Shown in pieces: positions 1 to 11,324 of a stretch of DNA of 64,000 nucleotides (positions are counted from its first letter, which is position 1; each line of letters starts with the position of its first letter). Source of the stretch: Anaeramoeba ignava BMAN (Eukaryota; Protista; Anaeramoebae); NCBI GenBank assembly GCA_028826165.1, contig JAPDFW010000086.1:1-64000 (forward strand), in the 5' to 3' direction. The position numbers were made by a program, and so were the translations under genes. The notes below the pieces were generated by a model, which was not told where the DNA came from, did no database searches, and saw nothing but the letters and a program-made list of their open reading frames with translations.

Positions 1-18
1 ATAAAAATAAATCAAAAA

Positions 19-138
19 GGATTCAACACTAAGTTTTCGCTGGCGGTTCCCCATCCAACTAACTCACTTAGCTCTCAATCATTTATCTTCAGGGTTCGGA
101 ATGTGTCCTGGAGTATTTGATTGGATATGGCCGAATCC
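19..138 (-). rRNA. 5S rRNA (copy 1)
   Basis: Reverse complement is 120 nt, GGATTCGGCCATA...ATTCCGAACCCTGAAGATAA...GGATGGGGAACCGCCAGCGAAAAC...GTGTTGAATCC. The ends pair as helix I (GGATTC/GAATCC) and an oligo-T Pol III terminator follows. Confidence 0.92.
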
Positions 139-708
139 AATTTAATTTAATTTTTAATTCTTTATTTATTCTTTTTTCTTTTTTTTATTTTAATTATTTT
201 TAAATAAATAAGATCTAATTTAATTTAATCCAATTTATTTTATTTTTTTAATTCTTTATTTATTTTAATTATTTTTAAGATTAGATTTGATTCAATTTAT
301 TCTTTTTTCTTTTTTTTATTTTTTTATTTTTTTATTTTTATTTTTTAATTAAAAAGATCTAATCTCTTAATATAAATTTTAATTTTTAATTTAAATAAAG
401 ATTTATTTTTATATTTAAATTAGGGGATTAAATTAAGAATAAAAAAAAAAGAATAAAAAAAAATTTTTTTTTTTTCCTTAATTAATTTTTAAATAAATAT
501 TTAATTACAAATAAAAAAGTGAATCATTTTTTTCTTTCTTCATTTTTCTTTAAAATAAAACAAAAAAAGTAAGAAAAAAAAAATAATTTATTTCTTTACA
601 AAATAAAAAACACACAAAAACACACAAAATAAACTTATTTTATTTATTATTTATTTATCTTAATTAAATAAAAAATAGCAAATTAAAAATCAATTCAAAA
701 AAACAAAA

Positions 709-3468
709 ATGAAATCAAATCAATTCTTTTTCTTTTCCTTTTTCTTTTTCTTAATTATCAATATTTTCTTAATTCAATCAAATCAAAATAATCAAAAATC
801 AATTTCATCATCAACAGTTTCCACAATAATTCAAGAATTAGAAACAACAAGATTATTAACAGAAACAACAAGATATTATTCTTCTCCAAATGAAGCTTGG
901 GTTTGGAATTTATTAGATCAATTTTCAGGTCCAGAAGCTTCATATTTTGGATATTCTGTTTCAATTTATAAAGATGTTCTTGTTATTGGATCTCCTCAAG
1001 TAAAACAAGTATTTATTTACAGATATAATGGAACAAATTTTGATCAAGAACAAATTTTGGCTGAATCAGCTTCAAATTTTGCAAATTGTGTTTCAATTTA
1101 TGAAGATGTTATTGTTATTGGTTCTTTTGGTCCAAATCAAGCATTTATTTACAGATATAATGGAACATATTGGAATCAAGAACAAATTTTGACTGAATCA
1201 GCTTCACAATTTGGACGGAGTGTTTCAATTTATGAAGATGTTATTGTTGTTGGTGCTAGTAATGCAAATCAAGCATATATTTACAGATATAATGGAACAA
1301 TTTGGATTCAAGAACAAATTTTGAGTGGACCTTCATATTCAATTTTTGGATATTCTGTTTCAATTTATGAAGATGTTATTTTAGTTGGAACTAATTTGGC
1401 AAATAAAGCATATATTTACAGATATAATGGAACTGATTGGAATCAAGAACAAATTTTGAGTGAATCAGCTTTACAATTTGGACAGTCTGTTTCAATTTAT
1501 GAAGATGTTATTGTTATTGGAACTTATTATGCAAATAAAGCATTTATTTACAGATATAATGGAACTGATTGGAATCAAGAACAAATTTTGAGTGAACCTT
1601 CAGCTTCATATTTTGGATTTTCTGTTTCAATTTATGAAGATGTTATTGTTGTTGGAACTAATTATGCAAATCAAGTATTTATTTACAGATATAATAGATC
1701 AAATTGGAATAAAGAACAAATTTTGAGTGAATCAGTTTCATATTTTGGATGGAGTGTTTCAATTTATGAGAATTTTACTGTTATTGGTGCTCCAAATGCA
1801 AATCAAGCATTTGTTTATGAAGCTAATTTAATTCCTCAAGTTAATATTCTTAATTGTTCATCTTTATTTTCATCATTTGATTGTTATTGGAATAAAATTG
1901 AATTTTTCAGAACTTTGATTTATCAAATTAATTATGGTTATGATTGGATTGATATTGATTCTCCAATTCTTGAAGATGAAAATGTTTATTACCAAATATT
2001 CAATTCTTCATTTTATGATAATATTACTGGAAATGAATATTATTCAATTCAAATCAGAACTTGTGATAATGCAACAATGAAATGTGGTGAATCTTCTTCT
2101 TTTATTAATTTAACAACAAAAATTGATTCTGTAAAAGATTTTCATTTATCAAATCCTTCAAATTATTCAATTAATGTTACTTGGAATTATCCAAATGTAC
2201 ACATCAATGAAGGAATTGCTCATCTTGATCATTATAATCTTTCTTATCTCAATCAATCTGAACCTGATTTAATATCTTTCATTTCAGTTGATAATTCTTC
2301 ACTTTATTATCTTTGGAATAATTTTGAATGTGAAAATGATTATAATATTTCAATTTGTGGATGTAGAACACAAGAATGTGAAGTAGATGATAAAGGAGAA
2401 ATTGTTGAATCATCAATTTCATTAATATTTGGAGAAATTACAAATATTTCATGTTCAATTTCAAATTTAGTTGATATTAATTGCACTTGGAATCAACCAA
2501 TTAATTGTTCAATTCCATTTTATTATAATTTTACTTATCAATCAATTTATCAAAATGATTCAGGAAATTATCAACCAACATCATCAAATCAACAATTTAC
2601 AGTTCAATTCCCAAATCAAGAATATCAAATCAATATATCATCATGTAATTCAAATGAAAAATGTGGATATATTTCATCAATTTCAATTAAAACTGATAAT
2701 TTAACATCTCCAATAATTTATGAAACAATTTCCAAAATTGAAGAAATTGAATTTAATTTCACAAAATTAACAAATGCAAAAAATTATTCAATTTCACTTG
2801 ATAATGAAACAAATTGGCAAAAATTCACATCTCTTGATTTAAGTGGAAATGAAGTAATTGGAACAATAAGTGGAATACCAGGAAATATTGAATATAATAT
2901 TTCAATTCGAGGATGTTTATATTTAAATTGTGAAACACCATATTTAGGATTACCTAGTTCAATTATTTCAACAAAAGCTAAATTAGGAAATATTACTTCA
3001 TTAAATTGCATATCATTAATTAATGGATTTGTTTGTAATTGGGATTCATTGATTTTATCAAATGGATTAAAAGCATATTCATTTACTTATAATTCGACTT
3101 CAATTTGTTTACTTAATTTCAAGAATTATTATTCAATTACTTCAGGATTAAAAGGAGAAGAATATTATGAAGTTTCAGTTTATTCATCATCTGATTTAAA
3201 TTGTTCAAATAATCAATATTCAGGAATTAATTCAACAACATCAATTACAACATTATCTCCTTGTGAATCATGTGAACCATGTCAAAAAACTGATAATTCA
3301 CTCATCTCAAACAAAACAACAACAATAACTATTGGAGTAATTATTGTTATTGTTGCTATTTTACTTTTAATTATTGGAATTATTTTATTTAAAAAGAAAA
3401 AAAGAAAAAATCAAATTATTAAACAAATTATTAAAGAAAAAGAACTTCATACTGATTTAGATCTTTAA
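709..3468 (+). CDS. Type I membrane protein: signal peptide, 7 FG-GAP-like beta-propeller blades, ~5 FN3-like domains, TM, short basic tail (paralog 1)
   Basis: Intronless 919-aa ORF with 7 repeats of FGxSVSIYEDVIVxGxxxANQAFIYRYNGTxWxQEQIL, FN3-like W/Y patterns (SINVTWNYP, YNISICGC) and TM ITIGVIIVIVAILLLIIGIILF followed by KKKKRK. Confidence 0.88.
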   Translation: MKSNQFFFFSFFFFLIINIFLIQSNQNNQKSISSSTVSTIIQELETTRLLTETTRYYSSPNEAWVWNLLDQFSGPEASYFGYSVSIYKDVLVIGSPQVKQVFIYRYNGTNFDQEQILAESASNFANCVSIYEDVIVIGSFGPNQAFIYRYNGTYWNQEQILTESASQFGRSVSIYEDVIVVGASNANQAYIYRYNGTIWIQEQILSGPSYSIFGYSVSIYEDVILVGTNLANKAYIYRYNGTDWNQEQILSESALQFGQSVSIYEDVIVIGTYYANKAFIYRYNGTDWNQEQILSEPSASYFGFSVSIYEDVIVVGTNYANQVFIYRYNRSNWNKEQILSESVSYFGWSVSIYENFTVIGAPNANQAFVYEANLIPQVNILNCSSLFSSFDCYWNKIEFFRTLIYQINYGYDWIDIDSPILEDENVYYQIFNSSFYDNITGNEYYSIQIRTCDNATMKCGESSSFINLTTKIDSVKDFHLSNPSNYSINVTWNYPNVHINEGIAHLDHYNLSYLNQSEPDLISFISVDNSSLYYLWNNFECENDYNISICGCRTQECEVDDKGEIVESSISLIFGEITNISCSISNLVDINCTWNQPINCSIPFYYNFTYQSIYQNDSGNYQPTSSNQQFTVQFPNQEYQINISSCNSNEKCGYISSISIKTDNLTSPIIYETISKIEEIEFNFTKLTNAKNYSISLDNETNWQKFTSLDLSGNEVIGTISGIPGNIEYNISIRGCLYLNCETPYLGLPSSIISTKAKLGNITSLNCISLINGFVCNWDSLILSNGLKAYSFTYNSTSICLLNFKNYYSITSGLKGEEYYEVSVYSSSDLNCSNNQYSGINSTTSITTLSPCESCEPCQKTDNSLISNKTTTITIGVIIVIVAILLLIIGIILFKKKKRKNQIIKQIIKEKELHTDLDL

Positions 3469-3513
3469 TTCCAATTTCCCAATTTTCGAAATTCCAATTT
3501 CTTTTTTCTTCTC

Positions 3514-3544
<31 letters not shown>

Positions 3545-4158
3545 CAAAAATTCAAAAACAAAAACAAAAAATAATAAAAAAATCATTTCAAAAACAAAAA
3601 GTAGCATTTTCAATTCATTTTGATTCAATTCAATTCAATTCAATTCTTAATTCAATTCAATTCAATTCAATTCAATTCAATTCAATTCAATTCTTCTTTT
3701 TTTATTTGATTTAATTTGATTAAATTATTTTAAAATAAAAAGAATTTTGTAATAATATTTCATTTAAAACAAGAAAATGAAGAAATAATTAAATTTCATA
3801 ATAAATTAATATTAAAATATTGATTAAATCAAATTCAAAATCAAATATTTGAAAATGATTTATTCAAACAGAATAATAAATCCAAAATTATATTTTGAAA
3901 TTAAAGAAATTATAAATTTAAATAAAAAAATGAAAAGAATTTATTTAAATGAAAATGAAAATAAAAAAGATTTTATAATTTAAAGAAAAGAAAAAACAAT
4001 ATAAATTTCCAAAATTAATAATAATAATGAGAAGTAAATTATATTGAGGAATGTTTTTATCTTTAAAAAGAAGATAAATTAAATAAAAAATAAAAATAAA
4101 AGTGGAATAAAAATAAAAATAAGAAAAAGTGGAATAAAAAAATAAATCAAAAAAAAAA

Positions 4159-4278
4159 GGATTCAACACTAAGTTTTCGCTGGCGGTTCCCCATCCAACT
4201 AACTCACTTAGCTCTCAATCATTTATCTTCAGGGTTCGGAATGTGTCCTGGAGTATTTGATTGGATATGGCCGAATCC
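4159..4278 (-). rRNA. 5S rRNA (copy 2)
   Basis: Identical by inspection to 19-138, followed by a longer oligo-T run on the minus strand. Confidence 0.92.
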
Positions 4279-4869
4279 AATTTAATTTAATTTTTAATTC
4301 TTTATTTATTCTTTTTTCTTTTTATTTTTATTATTTTTAATTAAATAAGATCTAATTTAATTTAATCCAATTTATTTTATTTTTTTAATTCTTTATTTAT
4401 TTTAATTATTTTTAAGATTAGATTTGATTCAATTTATTCTTTTTTCTTTTTTTTATTTTTTTATTTTTATTTTTATTTTTTAATTAAAAAGATCTAATCT
4501 CTTAATATAAATTTTAATATAAATTTTTAATTTAAATAAAGATTTATTTTATATTTAAATTAGGGGATTAAATTAAGAATAATAAAAAAGAATAAAAAAA
4601 AAGAATAAAAAAAAATTTTTTTTTTTTCCTTAATTAATTTTTAAATAAATATTTAATTACAAATAAAAAAGTGAATCATTTTTTTCTTTCTTCATTTTTC
4701 TTTAAAATAAAACAAAAAAAGTAAGAAAAAAAAAATAATTTATTTCTTTACAAAATAAAAAACACACAAAAACACAAAATAAACTTATTTTATTTATTAT
4801 TTATTTATCTTAATTAAATAAAAAATAGCAAATTAAAAAATCAATCCAAAAAAACAAAACAAAACAAAA

Positions 4870-7755
4870 ATGAAATTAAATCAATTCTTTTTCTTTTCCT
4901 TTTTCTTTTTCTTAATTATCAATATTTTCTTAATTCAATCAAATCAAAATAATCAAAAATCAATTTCATCATCAACAGTTTCCACAATAATTCAAGAATT
5001 AGAAACAACAAGATTATTAACAGAAACAACAAGATATTATTCTTCTCCAAATGAAGCTTGGGTTTGGAAATTATTAGATCAATTTTCAGGTCCAACAGTA
5101 TTTGGATATTCTGTTTCAATTTATAAAGATGTTCTTGTTATTGGATCTCCTCAAGTAAAACAAGTATTTATTTACAGATATAATGGAACAAATTTTGATC
5201 AAGAACAAATTTTGGCTGAATCAGCTTCAAATTTTGCAAATTGTGTTTCAATTTATGAAGATGTTATTGTTATTGGAACTTTTGGTCCAAATCAAGCATT
5301 TATTTACAGATATAATGGAACATATTGGAATCAAGAACAAATTTTGAGTGAATCAGCTTCAACGTTTGGATTTCCTGTTTCAGTTTATAAAGATGTTATT
5401 GTTGTTGGTGCTAATAATGCAAAACAAGTATTTATTTACAGATATAATGGAACTGATTGGATTCAAGAACAAATTTTGAGTGAATCAGCTACAGTTTTTG
5501 GAAATTCTGTTTCAATTTATGAAGATGTTATTGTTATTGGAACTTATGGTGCAAAACAAGCATTTATTTACAGATATAATGGAACTGATTGGAATCAAGA
5601 ACAAATTTTGACTGAGTCAGCTTCAAATTTTGGATATTCTGTTTCAATTTATGAAGATGTTATTTTAGTTGGAACTAATTTGGCAAATAAAGCATATATT
5701 TACAGATATAATGGAACTGATTGGAATCAAGAACAAATTTTGAGTGAATCAGCTTTACAATTTGGACAGTCTGTTTCAATTTATGAAGATGTTATTGTTA
5801 TTGGAACTAATTTGGCAAATAAAGCATTTATTTACAGATACAATGGAACTGATTGGAATCAAGAACAAATTTTGAGTGAATCAACTTCAGGTTCAGTTTT
5901 TGGATTTTCTGTTTCAATTTATGAAGATGCTATTGCTATTGGTGCTTATTATGCAAATCAAGTATTTATTTACAGATACAATGGATCAAATTGGAATAAA
6001 GAACAAATTTTGAATGAATCAGTTCCATTTTTTGGATGGAGTGTTTCAATTTATGAGAATTTTACTGTTATTGGTGCTTTTGTTGCAAATCAAGCATTTG
6101 TTTATGAAGCTAATTTAATTCCTCAAGTTAATATTCTTAATTGTTCATCTTTATTTTCATCATTTGATTGTTATTGGAATAAAATTGAATTTCCTTCAAC
6201 TTTGATTTATCAAATTAATTATGGATATGATTGGATTGATATTGATTCTCCAATTCTTGAAGATGAAAATGTTTATTACCAAATATTCAATTCTTCATTT
6301 TATGATAATATTACTGGAAATGAATATTATTCAATTCAAATCAGAACTTGTGATAATGCAACAATGAAATGTGGTGAATCTTCTTCTTTTATTAATTTAA
6401 CAACAAAAATTGATTCTGTAAAAGATTTTCATTTATCAAATCCTTCAAATTATTCAATTAATGTTACTTGGAATTATCCAAATGTACAGATCAATGAAGG
6501 AATTGCTCATCTTGATCATTATAATCTTTCTTATCTCAATCAATCTCAACCTGATTTAATAACTTTCATTTCAGTTGATAATTCTTCACTTTATTATATT
6601 TGGAATAATTTTGAATGTGAAAATGATTATAATATTTCAATTTGTGGATGTAGAACACAAGAATGTGAAGTAGATGATAAAGGAGAAATTTTTGAATCAT
6701 CAATCTCATTAATATTTGGAGAAATTACAAATATTTCATGTTCAATTTCAAATTTAGTTGATATTAATTGCACTTGGAATCAACCAATTAATTGTTCAAT
6801 TCCATTTTATTATAATTTTACTTATCAATCAATTTCTCAAAATGATTCAGGAAATTATCAACCAACATCATCAAATCAACAATTTACAGTTCAATTCCCA
6901 AATCAAGAATATCAAATCAATATATCATCATGTAATTCAAATGGAAAATGTGGATATATTTCATCAATTTCAATTAAAACTGATAATTTAACAGCTCCAA
7001 TAATTTATGAAACAATTTCCAAAATTGAAGAAATTGAATTTAATTTCACAAAATTAATAAATGCAAAAAATTATTCAATTTCACTTGATAATGAAACAAA
7101 TTGGCAAAAATTCACATCTCTTGATTTAAGTGGAAATGAAGTAATTGGAACAATAAGTGGAATATCAGGAAATGTTGAATATAATATTTCAATTCGAGGA
7201 TGTTTATATTTAAATTGTGAAACACCATATTTAGGATTACCTAGTTCAATTATTTCAACAAGAGCTAAATTAGGAAATATTACTTCATTAAATTGTTACT
7301 CATTAATTAATGGATTTGTTTGTAATTGGAATCCATTAATTTTATCAAATGGATTAAAAGCATATTCATTTACTTATAATTCAACATCAATTTGTTTACC
7401 AAATTTAATTCCTCATTATTCAATTACTTCAGGATTAAAAGGAGAAGAATATTATGAAGTTTCAGTTTATTCATCATCTGATTTAAATTGTTCATTTAAT
7501 GAATATTCAGGAATTAATTCAACAACTTCAATTACAACATCATCTCCTTGTGAATCATGTGAACCATGTCAAAAAACTGATAATTCACTCATCTCAAACA
7601 AAACAACAACAATAACTATTGGAGTAATTATTGTTATTGTTGCTATTTTACTTTTAATTATTGGAATTATTTTATTCAAAAAGAAAAAAAGAAAAAATCA
7701 AATTATTAAACAAATTATTAAAGAAAAAGAACTTCATACTGATTTAGATCTTTAA
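4870..7755 (+). CDS. FG-GAP propeller (8 blades)/FN3/TM surface protein (paralog 2)
   Basis: 961-aa ORF. N-terminus, TM and tail are nearly identical to paralog 1, with one extra blade. Confidence 0.88.
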   Translation: MKLNQFFFFSFFFFLIINIFLIQSNQNNQKSISSSTVSTIIQELETTRLLTETTRYYSSPNEAWVWKLLDQFSGPTVFGYSVSIYKDVLVIGSPQVKQVFIYRYNGTNFDQEQILAESASNFANCVSIYEDVIVIGTFGPNQAFIYRYNGTYWNQEQILSESASTFGFPVSVYKDVIVVGANNAKQVFIYRYNGTDWIQEQILSESATVFGNSVSIYEDVIVIGTYGAKQAFIYRYNGTDWNQEQILTESASNFGYSVSIYEDVILVGTNLANKAYIYRYNGTDWNQEQILSESALQFGQSVSIYEDVIVIGTNLANKAFIYRYNGTDWNQEQILSESTSGSVFGFSVSIYEDAIAIGAYYANQVFIYRYNGSNWNKEQILNESVPFFGWSVSIYENFTVIGAFVANQAFVYEANLIPQVNILNCSSLFSSFDCYWNKIEFPSTLIYQINYGYDWIDIDSPILEDENVYYQIFNSSFYDNITGNEYYSIQIRTCDNATMKCGESSSFINLTTKIDSVKDFHLSNPSNYSINVTWNYPNVQINEGIAHLDHYNLSYLNQSQPDLITFISVDNSSLYYIWNNFECENDYNISICGCRTQECEVDDKGEIFESSISLIFGEITNISCSISNLVDINCTWNQPINCSIPFYYNFTYQSISQNDSGNYQPTSSNQQFTVQFPNQEYQINISSCNSNGKCGYISSISIKTDNLTAPIIYETISKIEEIEFNFTKLINAKNYSISLDNETNWQKFTSLDLSGNEVIGTISGISGNVEYNISIRGCLYLNCETPYLGLPSSIISTRAKLGNITSLNCYSLINGFVCNWNPLILSNGLKAYSFTYNSTSICLPNLIPHYSITSGLKGEEYYEVSVYSSSDLNCSFNEYSGINSTTSITTSSPCESCEPCQKTDNSLISNKTTTITIGVIIVIVAILLLIIGIILFKKKKRKNQIIKQIIKEKELHTDLDL

Positions 7756-8609
7756 TTCCAATTTCCCAATTTTCCCAATTCCAATTTCTTTTTTCTTTTC
7801 TTTTCTTTTCTTTTCATTTTTCAAAAATTCAAAAACAAAAAAAAATAATAAAAAAATCATTTCAAAAACAAAAAATAAATTTTCAATTCAATTCTTAATT
7901 CAATTCTTAATTCAATTCAATTCTTCTTTTTTTATTTGATTTAATTTGATTAAATTATTTTAAAATAAAAAGAATTTTGTAATAATATTTCATTTAAAAC
8001 AAGAAAATGAAGAAATAATTAAATTTCATAATAAATTAATATTAAAATATTTATTAAATCAAATTCAAAATCAAATTCAAAATCAAATATTTGAAAATAA
8101 TTTATTCAAACAGAATAATAAATCCAAAATTATATTTTGAAATTAAAGAAATTATAAATTTAAATAAAAAAATGAAAAGAATTTATTTAAATGAAAATAA
8201 AAAAGATTTTATAATTGAAAGAAAAGAAAAAACAATATAAATTCCAAAAATTAATATTAATAATGAGAAGTAAATTATATCGAGGAATGTTTTTATCTTT
8301 AAAAAGAAGATAAATATAATAAAGTTACAGATTATAGCGAATTAAGTAATAAATCATTTCAAATATTTGAATATTGGATTTATTCAAATCAAATTAAAGA
8401 TGGAATTCAAATTACAAAAGAAATTATTAATGAAATTAAAAGAAAAATTAAAATGTAAAATTTGTCCTCTTTTTTGGAATTTATGAATTTTGAAGTTTTG
8501 GAAAATTTTCTGAATTTGTTCTGAAATGAAAAAAAAGAAAAGAAAAAAAAGAAAGAAAGGAAATCGAATGAGTTTCATTTGTTTTTCAAATTTCTTCTTG
8601 TTGTTCCTG

Positions 8610-11324
8610 TTAAACTTTTTGATCTTCAAGTTCTTTTTCTTGTTCGACACTCTCCTTGTTTTTTGAATTTCTTCTATGTCTCTTTTTCACAAATAAGAAA
8701 ATTCCAATGAATGATCCAATAACAACAATAGGAACAGCAATTCCAACAACTATTGCTGTAGTGTGTGATGAACTTCCACTTGTTGATTGAGTTGAACATG
8801 ATAATATTGTAACTGATGTTGTTGAATTAATTCCTGAGTATTCATTAAATGAACAATTTAAATCAGATGATGAATAAACTGAAACTTCATAATATTCTCC
8901 TTGTATCAAATTTGAAACTGAATAAGATGTTGTTGAATTTGATAAACAAATTGATGTTGAATTATAAGTAAATGAATATGCTTTTAATCCACTTGATAAA
9001 ATTAATGGATTCCAATTACATTTAAATCCACAGTTTAATGAAGAACAACTTAATGAAGTGATGTTTCCTAATTTAGCTCTTGTTGAAATAATTGAACTAG
9101 GTAATCCTAAATATGGTGTTTCACAATTTAAATCAATACATCCTCGAATTGAAATATTATATTCAACATTTCCTGATATTCCACTTATTGTTCCAATTAC
9201 TTCATTTCCACTTAAATCAAGAGATGTGAATTTTTGCCAATTTGTTTCATTATCAAGTGAAATTGAATAATTATTTGAATTTGTTAATTTTGTGAAATTA
9301 AATTCAATTTCTTCAATTTTGGAAATTGTTTCATAAATTATTGGAGCTGTTAAATTATCAGTTTTAATTGAAATTGATGAAATTTCTCCACAAGTATCAT
9401 TTGAATTACATGATGATATATTGATTTGATATTCTTGATTTGGGAATTGAGCTGTGAATTGTTGATTTGTTAAAGTTGGTTGATAATTTCCAGAATCATT
9501 TTGATAAATTGATTGATAAGTAAAATTATAATAAAATGGAATTGAACAATTAATTGGTTGATTCCAAGTGCAATTAATATCTATTGAATTTGAAATTGAG
9601 CATGAAAGGTTTGAAACTTGACCAAAAATTGTTGAAATTGATGATTCAACAATTTCTCCTTTATCATCTCCTTCACATTCTTGTGTTCTACATCCACAAA
9701 TTGAAATATTATAATCACTTTCGCATTCTAAATTATTCAAAAGATAATCAAGTGAAGAATTATCAACTGAAATGAAAGATATTAAAGTTGGCTGAGATTG
9801 AATGAAATAGGAAATGTTGTAATGATCAAGATGAGCAATTCCTTCATTGATCTGTACATTTGGATAATTCCAAGTAACATTAATTGAATCAGAAGTTGAA
9901 TTTGATAAATGGAAATCTTTTACAGAATCAATTTTTGTTGTTAAATTTACAAAAGAAGAAGGTTCTCCACATTTCATTGTTGCATTATCACAAGTTCTGA
10001 TTTGAATTGAATAATATTCATTTCCAGTAATATTATCATAAAATGAAGAATTAAATAATTGGTAATAAACATTTTCATCTTCAAGAATTGGAGAATCAAT
10101 ATCAATCCAATCATATCCATAATTAATTTGATAAATCAAAGATGAAGGAAATTCAATTTTATTCCAATAACAATCAAATGATGAAAATAAAGATGAACAA
10201 TTAAGAATATTAACTTGAGGGATAGGAGAAGCTTTATAAGCAAATACTTGGTTTAAACCAGGAGCTCCAACAACAGTAAAATTTCCATCAATTGAAACAC
10301 TCAATCCAAAATATGAGTACAAACCAGCACTTAGTGTAGTTTCAAGATCCCAATCAGTTTCCTTGTATCTGTAAATAAATGTTTGATTTGCACCACAAGC
10401 CCCAATAACAACAGCATCTCCATTTCCAGAAACTGAAACACTGCTCCCCAAACGCGAACTTGAAGCTCCAGTGAAATTTTTTTCAAGATTCCAATCAGTT
10501 CCATTATATCTGTAAATAAATGCTTGATTTGAAAAATCAGTCCCAACAGCAAGAACATCACCATTTCCAGAAACAGAAACACTCCGTCCAAAAGAATCAA
10601 TTGCAGTTTGATTCAAAGAAGTTTCAAGATTCCAATCAGTTCCATTATATCTGTAAATAAATACTTGTCTCGAACCATAAGAACCAATAGCAATAGTATC
10701 TCCGTTTTGAGAAACAGAAACACTTACTCCATAACCTCCCCCTTCAGTCTCACTTAAAGTAATTTCAAGATTCCAATCAGTTCCATTATATCTGTAAACA
10801 AATGCTTTATTTGCATTACTAGCACCAACAACAATAACACTTCCATTTCCAGAAACAGAAACACTTAATCCATAATATGAAGCTGATTCATTCAAAATTT
10901 GTTCTTGATTCCAATCAGTCCCATTATATATATAAATAAATACTTGTTTTATATAATAAGCTCCAACAGCAGTAACATTTCCATCGCGAGAAACAGAAAT
11001 ACCTTTTCCATAAAATGAAAGGTCAGGCCCAATCAAAGTAGTTTCAAGATTAAAAACAGTTCCATTATATCTGTAAATAAATGCCTCATACCCAAAATAG
11101 GCTCCAACAGCAAAAACATTCCCTTTGTCACTAACTGAAACACTTCCTCCATAATTTGATAAATTTGAAGAAAACATATTTAGCAGATTCCAAAGATAAT
11201 CCCCATTAGATCCATAATATCCACTTGCTATGGGTGATGATAAAGTAATTGAACTTGATGAGATTTGTTCAGATTGAATTAAAATCAAATTGAAAAAGAA
11301 GAAAAGGAAAAAAATTGTTTTCAT
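8610..11324 (-). CDS. FG-GAP propeller (7 blades)/FN3/TM surface protein (paralog 3)
   Basis: 904-aa ORF. Blades are of the YGxSVSVSGNGDxxAVGA type, the FN3 stalk is highly similar to paralogs 1/2, and the signal peptide and TM/tail differ. Confidence 0.88.
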   Translation of the reverse strand: MKTIFFLFFFFNLILIQSEQISSSSITLSSPIASGYYGSNGDYLWNLLNMFSSNLSNYGGSVSVSDKGNVFAVGAYFGYEAFIYRYNGTVFNLETTLIGPDLSFYGKGISVSRDGNVTAVGAYYIKQVFIYIYNGTDWNQEQILNESASYYGLSVSVSGNGSVIVVGASNANKAFVYRYNGTDWNLEITLSETEGGGYGVSVSVSQNGDTIAIGSYGSRQVFIYRYNGTDWNLETSLNQTAIDSFGRSVSVSGNGDVLAVGTDFSNQAFIYRYNGTDWNLEKNFTGASSSRLGSSVSVSGNGDAVVIGACGANQTFIYRYKETDWDLETTLSAGLYSYFGLSVSIDGNFTVVGAPGLNQVFAYKASPIPQVNILNCSSLFSSFDCYWNKIEFPSSLIYQINYGYDWIDIDSPILEDENVYYQLFNSSFYDNITGNEYYSIQIRTCDNATMKCGEPSSFVNLTTKIDSVKDFHLSNSTSDSINVTWNYPNVQINEGIAHLDHYNISYFIQSQPTLISFISVDNSSLDYLLNNLECESDYNISICGCRTQECEGDDKGEIVESSISTIFGQVSNLSCSISNSIDINCTWNQPINCSIPFYYNFTYQSIYQNDSGNYQPTLTNQQFTAQFPNQEYQINISSCNSNDTCGEISSISIKTDNLTAPIIYETISKIEEIEFNFTKLTNSNNYSISLDNETNWQKFTSLDLSGNEVIGTISGISGNVEYNISIRGCIDLNCETPYLGLPSSIISTRAKLGNITSLSCSSLNCGFKCNWNPLILSSGLKAYSFTYNSTSICLSNSTTSYSVSNLIQGEYYEVSVYSSSDLNCSFNEYSGINSTTSVTILSCSTQSTSGSSSHTTAIVVGIAVPIVVIGSFIGIFLFVKKRHRRNSKNKESVEQEKELEDQKV

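Larger units (their letters stand above)
1..8315. repeat. Tandem segmental duplication, ~4.14-kb unit x2 (5S gene + receptor gene + intergenic DNA)
   Basis: 5S copies are identical at offset 4140 and the flanks align. 8221-8315 matches ~3985-4080 and then diverges, with no third 5S. The array may extend left of the window. Confidence 0.9.

Noticed and set aside
709-11324. True integrin alpha orthologs
   Set aside because: There is no GFFKR tail motif and no DxDxDG calcium loops, and the stalk looks FN3-like rather than thigh/calf.
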